The translations under genes and the position numbers were made by a program. Source: Edaphobacter aggregans (GTDB taxonomy: Bacteria; Acidobacteriota; Terriglobia; Terriglobales; Acidobacteriaceae). Taken from it: a DNA stretch of 32,000 bases. Within the stretch, counting starts at the first letter, position 1; every line of letters starts with the position of its first letter. The notes under the pieces are model-generated. The model worked only from the letters and a program-made list of their open reading frames with translations, was not told the DNA's origin and ran no database searches. Below, in pieces: positions 23,668 through 30,446 of the stretch. Where the stretch lies: positions 1,740,001 to 1,772,000 of the forward strand of contig NZ_RSDW01000001.1 in assembly GCF_003945235.1 (NCBI RefSeq). Direction: 5' to 3'.

Positions 23668-24702
23668 TCAGCGACTAGCCTCCCACTGCCCTGGCACTCC
23701 TGCCTCCGTTGCCGTTGAACCCCATCGCCCGTCCAAGAGACGTCGACCCTCCGGCCCCAGCGTCGCCGAATATGAGCCCATTGCCAGATGTAACTGACGC
23801 GGATGCACACTTTTTATAGATGTTCCCTCAAGAATCACCTGCCGTGTCGCTTCCACATAGTGACCCGTAACCTCTTCGGTGCCGGCTAATTCACCATTCA
23901 GCCGCCAGTTGAATGTCCCCTTCAGCAACAAACCATCCGGCGTCGGCTCCTGCGATGTGAACTGGAGAACCGAATTGCTCCAGTCATTCTTGCTGTCATC
24001 GATCGCATTATGCAGTGTCCATATCCCATACGTCAGGTGAGGAAGAGCACGCGCGGGAGAGGTTTGCGTTACCTGAGATGGCTCAGGCTGCGCAGTAGGA
24101 GGAGTCGACGTCTGAGCCCCCACCTCCGCCGTCTTGTGACTAAATCTCGGCATTACAAAAAGGGCAAAAAGCACACCGGCAAGCACTACTCCGCCCACAG
24201 GAAGAATCGCTGATCGAAACACCGATCGATTCGTGTGTTCAGATTCGAGTGCGGGTCTGGCCGCCGGCGCAGGCGGCGGTACATACGCAGGTCTTGGCGG
24301 TGTCTCTTGTCGAGCCGCCTCCTTTGACTCTAGTCCAAGTCTCTCCACCAGCCGCTCAAGCCCATGCGCATAATCTGTCCTGAAATCGATCCACTGAACC
24401 CGCCCCAACCGAAACGGAATCTCGCACTCCCGATACAGAATCGGAATCACCGTCTTCTTCGACTCCAGCCCAAACGCCACCTCATCCAGCACATTCGGAG
24501 AGTTCACCGAATCCGGCGACAGAATCACCAGCAGATGCTGACAATTCTTCAAAGCATCCTGTACCGTCATGTCCCACCGGTCACCTGGAGCAATATCCTT
24601 ATCCAGCCAAACCATTGCTCCGGCAGCCTTCAGGTCACCTGTCAGTCGAACCGTAAAGTCTGTGTCCACATGGCTGTAGCTGAAAAAGGTACCCAAGGCC
24701 AC
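23668..24702 (-). CDS. TIR domain - TM helix - uncharacterised extracytoplasmic domain protein
   Basis: N-terminus ..FFSYSHVDTDFTVRLTGDLKAAGAMVWLDKDIAPGDRW...HLLVILSPDSVNSPNVLDEVAFG...VIPILYRECEIP...WIDF shows the TIR_2-like pattern. It is followed by a Pro-rich linker, the TM helix AILPVGGVVLAGVLFALFVM, and then a ~150-aa unassigned C-terminal region. The ORF-track start is GTG at 24702, but GGAGG directly abuts it. TTG at 24696 (6-nt spacing) is the more likely start. Confidence 0.85.
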   Translation of the reverse strand: MALGTFFSYSHVDTDFTVRLTGDLKAAGAMVWLDKDIAPGDRWDMTVQDALKNCQHLLVILSPDSVNSPNVLDEVAFGLESKKTVIPILYRECEIPFRLGRVQWIDFRTDYAHGLERLVERLGLESKEAARQETPPRPAYVPPPAPAARPALESEHTNRSVFRSAILPVGGVVLAGVLFALFVMPRFSHKTAEVGAQTSTPPTAQPEPSQVTQTSPARALPHLTYGIWTLHNAIDDSKNDWSNSVLQFTSQEPTPDGLLLKGTFNWRLNGELAGTEEVTGHYVEATRQVILEGTSIKSVHPRQLHLAMGSYSATLGPEGRRLLDGRWGSTATEAGVPGQWEASR

Positions 24703-24763
24703 CCTCCAATCTCGCCGCTATGCACAAAAACATACTCTTCCGCCTGCCCGTGCACCAGCCCAA

Positions 24764-26185
24764 TTACTCAGCCATCCCCTCCAGCACAACCTCGCTTACC
24801 GGCTCTGCCCCAAACTGCCCCTCCCACTTCGCAACCACCACACTTGCCAGGCAATTCCCCACCACATTCACCGTCGTCCGAGCCATATCCGCCAGCGCAT
24901 CGATACCCAAAATCACAAAGATCGGCTCCGTAGGTAGCCGAAACGTAGCCGCAGTAGCCAACAGCACAACCAGCGTAGCCCTCGGAACCCCCGCCACACC
25001 CTTACTGGTCAACATCAGAGTCCCCATCATCAAAAGCTGCTCACCCAACGAAAGATGCACCCCCGCCGCCTGCGCCACAAAGATGCTCGCAGCAGCCAGG
25101 TAAAGCGTCGACCCATCCAGATTGAAGCTATATCCCGCCGGAATCACAAACGACACAATCCGCCGCGGAACCCCCAACGCCTCCATCGACTCCATCGCCC
25201 GCGGCAGCGCCGCCTCACTCGTCGATGTAGCAAACGCAATCGTAGCCGGCTCAGCCACCGCTACCAGAAATCTCTTCACCGGCACCTTGAACAGCAAAGC
25301 AATCGGCAGCAGCACCAGCAGCCCAAACGCCACCAGAGCCCCATAGATCGTCAGCAGCAGCTTGCCCAGATTCACCAGCACGCCCAGCCCCATATGCCCG
25401 ACCGTATACGCCATCGCCGCGCCCACCCCAATCGGCGCAAAGTACATCACCACATTGGTGAACTTGAACATCACCTCGCTCAGGCTCTCGCAAAGCCGCA
25501 GCACAGGCGCCCGCTTCTCCTCACTCAAAGTAGCCAGAGCAATCCCAAAGAAGACCGCAAACACCGCCACCTGCAGAATCTGCCCCTCCGCCACCGACTT
25601 AGCAATATTCTCCGGAAACACATGCAGCAAAAAGTCCTGCCAATGTGTAGGCGGAGGAGCCGTAACCACCTCGCCGCTGCTCACCACCTCAGGCACATGC
25701 AGCCCGACCCCGGCCTTGCTGATATTGATCGCCACCAGCCCCACCACCAGCGCCAGCGTCGTCACCACCTCGAAGTAGACGAGGCTCTTCACGCCCATCC
25801 GCCCCACGCCCTTCAAATCGCCATGCCCCGCAATCCCCGTCACCAGTGTCGCCAGAATCAGCGGAGCCACAATCGTCTTGATCAGCCTCAAAAAGATATC
25901 GCTAAACACCCGCAGCCCCACCCCAACCGCCGGAGCATCGAACCCCACCTCTGCCCCCGCCACCATCGCTACGAAGATCCAGGGCGTCACCGACCGCCGC
26001 CGCCACGCAAACACCATCAACACCACCACACCCAACCACCGCAGCACCATTGCAACGCCGTGCCCAGCCCCCCCATACATCAGCCCCAGAGCAATCCCCG
26101 CAGCCAACAAGCACGCCGCCACCGCCACTAAAACCCGTTCTGAACGCACGTTTTCCATTCCGCGCAGAATACCAGCATCCCCCAA
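24764..26185 (-). CDS. Dicarboxylate/amino acid:cation symporter (DAACS/GltP-DctA family)
   Basis: 473 aa, polytopic. ...FLRLIKTIVAPLILATLVTGIAG..., ...SSEAALP..., ...IPAGYSFNLDGSTLY..., ...ILGIDALADMARTTVNVVGN... are DAACS signatures. Start uncertain: TTG at 26185 or ATG at 26158. Confidence 0.92.
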   Translation of the reverse strand: MGDAGILRGMENVRSERVLVAVAACLLAAGIALGLMYGGAGHGVAMVLRWLGVVVLMVFAWRRRSVTPWIFVAMVAGAEVGFDAPAVGVGLRVFSDIFLRLIKTIVAPLILATLVTGIAGHGDLKGVGRMGVKSLVYFEVVTTLALVVGLVAINISKAGVGLHVPEVVSSGEVVTAPPPTHWQDFLLHVFPENIAKSVAEGQILQVAVFAVFFGIALATLSEEKRAPVLRLCESLSEVMFKFTNVVMYFAPIGVGAAMAYTVGHMGLGVLVNLGKLLLTIYGALVAFGLLVLLPIALLFKVPVKRFLVAVAEPATIAFATSTSEAALPRAMESMEALGVPRRIVSFVIPAGYSFNLDGSTLYLAAASIFVAQAAGVHLSLGEQLLMMGTLMLTSKGVAGVPRATLVVLLATAATFRLPTEPIFVILGIDALADMARTTVNVVGNCLASVVVAKWEGQFGAEPVSEVVLEGMAE

Positions 26186-26406
26186 CCGATATCCCGTTTC
26201 GAGCCCACCATATTACGAAAGTCACCAAAAATCTGCGCGAACAGGGTATAGGAACCCCCTCACAACCAGCTATTCTGTAACTGCGAGACCACCCAAAAAT
26301 GGCCGCATTCCAGACCGGCAGCGGCCGTCTAACCACAAGAGCCGCACTCTCATGGAATTTGTATTGAACTGCTGCTCTTGTAACACGCATCTAGCCTGAG
26401 GTTTCC

Positions 26407-26985
26407 ATGTCTAAGCACGCCCAACTGCGCCTTGCTGCAGCGACTCTTTGCATCGTTGCGACCCTCCCGCTCGCCGCCCAAACCGGCGCAAACACCCCTA
26501 CTCCTCCAAGCTTCGACCCCCTGGCCCAATCCCCGGCCATCACAAGCCCACTCACCCAGCCGACCCTATCGCCTGGCGTCCTCCTTCTAATGGAGCTTGA
26601 GGGCCGCTTCGCCCAGGCCGTCGCCACCGGAGGCGGCAAAGCCTTCGCCACCTGGTTCGCCGACGACGCCGTCACCCTCAACAACGGACGCCCCGCAGTC
26701 CTCGGCCGAGCCAACATAGCCGCCCAGGCCGACTGGGACCCCAAGACCTACCAGCTCACCTGGACCCCGCAAGGCGCACAGATGGGCCCGTCCAACGACA
26801 TGGGCTTCACCTGGGGACACTACGAAGGCCATTCCAAGGACCAAAATGGGAATCCCGTCGTCATCTCAGGTCGCTACATGACCGTCTGGAAAAAAATGCC
26901 CGATAACACCTGGAAAGTAGCCATGGATGCAAGCTCAACCGAGCCTCCCGCAACGGGCGAATGCTGTGTACTTCCAAAACCTTAG
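26407..26985 (+). CDS. Secreted DUF4440/SnoaL-like (NTF2-fold) protein
   Basis: 192 aa. Signal peptide MSKHAQLRLAAATLCIVATLPLAAQ, a Pro/Thr linker, then ...FADDAVTLNNGRP...GFTWGHYE...GRYMTVWKKMPDNTWKVAMD, typical of DUF4440. GAGG 6 nt upstream of the ATG. Confidence 0.7.
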   Translation: MSKHAQLRLAAATLCIVATLPLAAQTGANTPTPPSFDPLAQSPAITSPLTQPTLSPGVLLLMELEGRFAQAVATGGGKAFATWFADDAVTLNNGRPAVLGRANIAAQADWDPKTYQLTWTPQGAQMGPSNDMGFTWGHYEGHSKDQNGNPVVISGRYMTVWKKMPDNTWKVAMDASSTEPPATGECCVLPKP

Positions 26986-27051
26986 CCCACCCGCTACACC
27001 AAAAGTAGCAGTGCGAAACCGCTTATAACTCTCCTACGATCAAGAAGCTAG

Positions 27052-29448
27052 ATGAATGCTCTGTTAGTCAAAGACGAAGCCCTCCGCACCGAAGCTCTCA
27101 ACCGGTACGAGGTACTCAATACGGCCCCCGACCCCGTCCTCGACGACATCGTCCGGCTGGCGGCTCAACTCTGCGAAGCACCCATCGCGGCCATCTCTCT
27201 CATCGGCTCCGAGCGCATCTGGCTCAAGGCACGCTTCGGCTTCGACATCACCGACGTCCCTCTCTCCACCCTCCCCTGTGAGACCACCATCCTCGGCGAC
27301 ACCATCTACGAGATCGAAGACGCGCGCCACGACGCCGACTTCGCCCCCGACGGCGTCTACCTCGAAGGCCGTCCCCATCGTTTCTACGCCGGCGCGCCCC
27401 TGACCACCCCCGACGGCGTCAGCATCGGCGCACTCTTCGTCCTCGACCGCGCCCCCCGCCGTCTCACCATCCCGCAAGCCGACGCGCTCGAAATCCTCAG
27501 CCGCCAGGTCATCACCCGCCTCGAGCTCAACGGCCGCATCCGCCAGATGGACCGCGCCGCCCGCTCCCGTCAGCGCGTCGAATCCGCTCTCACCGTCGAG
27601 CGCAACTTCGTCTCCGCCGTCCTCGACACCATCGGCGCTCTCGTCGCTGTCTTCGATACCGCAGGCCGCATCGTCCGCTTCAACCGCGCCTGCGAGGTCG
27701 CCTCCGGTTACGAATTCGCCACCCTTGTCGGCCGCTACACCTGGGACAAGCTCATCCCCCGTAACGAAATCCCCGACGCCATCGACACCTTCGAGCGCCT
27801 CCGCGCCGGTGCCTTCCCCGCCAGCTTCGAAAACCAGTGGCTCAACCGCGACGGCACCCTCCGCCGCATCGCCTGGTCAGCCACCGCCCTCCGCGACACC
27901 CAGGGCCAGGTCGGCTTCATCATCGCCACCGGCATCGACGTAACCACCCAGCGCATAGCCGAAGCAACCCTCCGCGAAAGCGAGGCCCGCTACCGCCAGC
28001 TCGTCGAAGGCTCCCTCGGTATGGTCTGCACCCACGACCTCAAGGGCAAACTCCTCTCCATCAACGCCCACGGCGCAGAAACCATCGGCCGCACCGTCGA
28101 GTCGATGCTCAATCACTCCCTCGCCGAGTTCATCCCCGAAGACCGCCGCCCCTCCATGCAGCGCTACCTCGACAAGATCGCCGAGACCGGCGAAGCCCAG
28201 GGCCTCCTCCACCTCTCCCACACCGACGGCGAGATCCGCGTCATCGCCTACCGCAACAAGCTCATCGCCGTCCCCGGCCTCCCTTCCTACGTCCTGGGCT
28301 TCGGCGTCGATATCACCGAACAAGTCCGCGCCGAAGGCCGTCTCCGCACCCTCACACGCCAGTCCGACTCCATCCTCGAGTCCGTCGGCGACGGCATCTT
28401 TGCCATCGACCTCGACGGCAACGTCACCGTCGCCAACGCCGCTGCAGCGCAGATGCTCGGCTACAAAAAAGACGAGCTGCTCGGCCGCAACCTCCACGAG
28501 CTCATCCATCACACCCGCGCCGACGGCACTTACTTCGGCTACAACGACTCCCCCATCCGCAAAAGCCTCCTCAACCTCGATACCATCCGCGTCTCAGACG
28601 AAGTCTTCTGGCGCAAGGACGGCACCAGCTTCCCCGTCGAATACGTCGCACGCCCCCAAATCGATTCCACCTCAAGCGACGCAAGCTCCGCCATAGCCGT
28701 AGGCGTCGTCGTAGCCTTCACCGACACCACCGAGCGCAGCGCTCTCGACCGCATGAAAGACGAGTTCATCTCCACCGTCTCCCACGAGCTCCGCACCCCC
28801 CTGACCTCCATCCGCGGCTCTCTCGGCCTGCTCGCCGGCGGCGCACTCTCCACCCGACCCGACAAGTCCCAGCAGATGCTCGAGATCGCCATCAACAACA
28901 CAGACCGTCTCGTCCGTCTCGTCAACGACATCCTCGACCTGGAGCGCATCAGCAGCGGCAAAAGCGAGCTTCACACCACCATGTGCAGCGCCGAAGACCT
29001 CCTTCGTCGCGCTGCCGGACTACAGCAGGGCCGCACCCCCAAACCCAACACCCGCATCTTCTTCGCAGCCAACGGAGTCACCGTCTGGGCCGACCCCGAC
29101 CGCATCCTTCAGACCCTCGACAACCTCATCTCCAACGCGATCAAGTTCTCAGCCCCCGGCGGCGAGATTCACCTCACCGCACGCAACCTCGACGACCACG
29201 AAGCCATCATCGAAGTCCGCGATCAGGGCCGTGGCATCCCCGAGGACAAGCTCGAGCACATCTTCGATCGCTTCCGCCAGGGCGACGCCTCCGACTCTCG
29301 CTCCCTCGGCGGCACCGGCCTCGGCCTGGCAATCTGTCGCAGCATCATCACCCACCACGGAGGCCGCATCTGGGCCACCAGCACCCCCGGCCAGGGCACC
29401 ACCTTCCACTTCACCCTTCCCACCAAACCCACGACCAACCTCCGCTAG
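27052..29448 (+). CDS. Cytoplasmic sensor histidine kinase: GAF - PAS - PAS - PAS - HisKA - HATPase_c
   Basis: 798 aa with no TM segments. N-terminal GAF-like domain (YEVLNTAPDPVLDDIVRLAAQLCEAPIAAISLI...). Three PAS-like repeats, each ending in ..G(I/V)D(V/I)T(T/E)Q. H-box FISTVSHELRTPLTSIRG, N-box LISNAIKFS, G-boxes DQGRGIP and GGTGLGLAI. Confidence 0.93.
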   Translation: MNALLVKDEALRTEALNRYEVLNTAPDPVLDDIVRLAAQLCEAPIAAISLIGSERIWLKARFGFDITDVPLSTLPCETTILGDTIYEIEDARHDADFAPDGVYLEGRPHRFYAGAPLTTPDGVSIGALFVLDRAPRRLTIPQADALEILSRQVITRLELNGRIRQMDRAARSRQRVESALTVERNFVSAVLDTIGALVAVFDTAGRIVRFNRACEVASGYEFATLVGRYTWDKLIPRNEIPDAIDTFERLRAGAFPASFENQWLNRDGTLRRIAWSATALRDTQGQVGFIIATGIDVTTQRIAEATLRESEARYRQLVEGSLGMVCTHDLKGKLLSINAHGAETIGRTVESMLNHSLAEFIPEDRRPSMQRYLDKIAETGEAQGLLHLSHTDGEIRVIAYRNKLIAVPGLPSYVLGFGVDITEQVRAEGRLRTLTRQSDSILESVGDGIFAIDLDGNVTVANAAAAQMLGYKKDELLGRNLHELIHHTRADGTYFGYNDSPIRKSLLNLDTIRVSDEVFWRKDGTSFPVEYVARPQIDSTSSDASSAIAVGVVVAFTDTTERSALDRMKDEFISTVSHELRTPLTSIRGSLGLLAGGALSTRPDKSQQMLEIAINNTDRLVRLVNDILDLERISSGKSELHTTMCSAEDLLRRAAGLQQGRTPKPNTRIFFAANGVTVWADPDRILQTLDNLISNAIKFSAPGGEIHLTARNLDDHEAIIEVRDQGRGIPEDKLEHIFDRFRQGDASDSRSLGGTGLGLAICRSIITHHGGRIWATSTPGQGTTFHFTLPTKPTTNLR

Positions 29449-29474
29449 TAGCGCAACAGTCGTTGCTCAGCAGG

Positions 29475-29620
29475 TGCAGTTGCCTTGTAGTTGCTTTTGC
29501 TTTTCTGGTTGTCATCCCGTAGGGATCTGCTTCTGTCTTTGTCTTTGTCTTTGCTTTTCTTGTTTATCATCCGTAGGGATCTGCTTTTGCAGTTGCTTTT
29601 GCCTTTGTAGTTGCTAGTTG
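29475..29620. repeat. Intergenic repeat array: two hairpin cores CATCC(C)GTAGGGATCTGCTT 55 bp apart, (TGTCTT)3 microsatellite, and repeated GCAGTTGC/TTGTAGTTGC/TTTTGC blocks
   Basis: Core 1 at 29510-29531 (gtcatcccgtagggatctgctt). Core 2 at 29565-29585 (atcatccgtagggatctgctt). TGTCTT x3 at 29533-29550. gcagttgccttgtagttgcttttgc at 29475-29499 versus gcagttgcttttgcctttgtagttgc at 29588-29613. The array lies between the convergent HK and GIY-YIG genes. Confidence 0.6.
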
Positions 29621-29632
29621 CCTTTCACCCCT

Positions 29633-29923
29633 TTACATATCTGCTGCTAAATCCTCCCAAGTCGGATTTTCAGCCTCGATCAGCTGCACCTTCAACTCCC
29701 GCCGCCAATCCTTCAATTCCTTTTCCCGGGCGATTGCATTACTCACGTATTGAAACCGCTCAAAATAAACGAGCCTGGTAATCGCATATCGCTTCGTAAA
29801 CCCTTCAACAGCGCCTGATTTATGTTCACCGACCCGTCGAATCAGATCATTCGTTATCCCCACATAAAGCTTCCGTGAACGACTGCACAGGATGTAGACA
29901 AAAAACTCATAATCTCTCCGCAT
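29633..29923 (-). CDS. GIY-YIG nuclease family protein (small, stand-alone)
   Basis: MRRDYEFFVYILCSRSRKLYVGITNDLIRRVGEHKSG...YFERF...AIAREKELKDW shows the GIY-YIG motifs (FVYIL...LYVGIT, R, E, and the REKxxK helix). I chose the ATG at 29923, with GGGGAGA upstream. The ORF-track start at 29959 would overlap the VOC gene by 31 nt. Confidence 0.85.
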   Translation of the reverse strand: MRRDYEFFVYILCSRSRKLYVGITNDLIRRVGEHKSGAVEGFTKRYAITRLVYFERFQYVSNAIAREKELKDWRRELKVQLIEAENPTWEDLAADM

Positions 29924-29928
29924 GTAAG

Positions 29929-30369
29929 TCACATCTCCCCAGCCATCTTCGCTCCCCACTCGTCCGGACTCACATCACGAGCATGTTGCGAAAACAGCCA
30001 ATGATGCCCCTCCAGATCCTCGACGCCATATTGATGTTCCCCGTACTCCGTCACGTGGAGATCCTCGACAACCTTAGCGCCAGCCGCTTTCGCCTTCCGG
30101 AAATGCCCTTCAACATCATCGACGAACACTGTCAGGCTCTGAGTCCAATACCCTAGCTGCTTCGGACTGCCCCGCCCAGCCCGTGCACTTTCAACCATGA
30201 TCCAAGCCTCACCCAGATGCATCTGCGCGCCGCTCGGCTCCTTAGGATCGCCATAGCGATAGTGTTCCGAAAACCCAAACGTCCTGCTCAACCAAAGAAT
30301 CGCTTCAGCGACATCCCCATACACAACGTGCGGCAGCACAATATTCGTCGGAACTGATCTGTTATTCAT
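29929..30369 (-). CDS. VOC (glyoxalase/bleomycin-resistance/dioxygenase) family protein
   Basis: About 146 aa. ...LPHVVYGDVAEAILWLSRTFGFSE...VFVDDVEGHFRKAKAAGAKVVEDLHVTEYGEHQYGVEDLEGHHWLF is a paired beta-alpha-beta-beta-beta VOC pattern. The ATG at 30369 is preceded by GGAG. The GTG at 30375 is the alternative. Confidence 0.8.
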   Translation of the reverse strand: MNNRSVPTNIVLPHVVYGDVAEAILWLSRTFGFSEHYRYGDPKEPSGAQMHLGEAWIMVESARAGRGSPKQLGYWTQSLTVFVDDVEGHFRKAKAAGAKVVEDLHVTEYGEHQYGVEDLEGHHWLFSQHARDVSPDEWGAKMAGEM

Positions 30370-30392
30370 ACCCACTCCATCATCAACAGATA

Positions 30393-30417
30393 CGCCGCCC
30401 TGAGTTCAAAGGCGGCG
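30393..30417 (-). terminator. Weak candidate hairpin downstream of acs
   Basis: cgccgcc (30393-30399) / 11-nt loop / ggcggcg (30411-30417). It starts 30 nt after the acs stop. The T-tract on the minus strand is poor (tatctgttg), so this may only be a stabilising hairpin, and acs-VOC-GIY-YIG may be co-transcribed. Confidence 0.35.
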
Positions 30418-30446
30418 CATCCGACCATTTGATTCGAAGAACCGGA

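Noticed and set aside
27837-29522. 561-aa plus-strand ORF in an alternative frame of the histidine kinase gene
   Set aside because: It is an extremely Arg/Pro/His-rich translation (RRRHRP-type runs). The overlapping frame encodes complete GAF/PAS/HisKA/HATPase motifs, so this is a frame artefact of C-rich sequence.
29475-29620. Possible CRISPR array
   Set aside because: There are only two imperfect 21-bp cores. The intervening sequence is itself low-complexity T/G repeats rather than unique spacers. There are no cas genes, and a related copy occurs singly at 1176-1235. It is better explained as a REP-like element.
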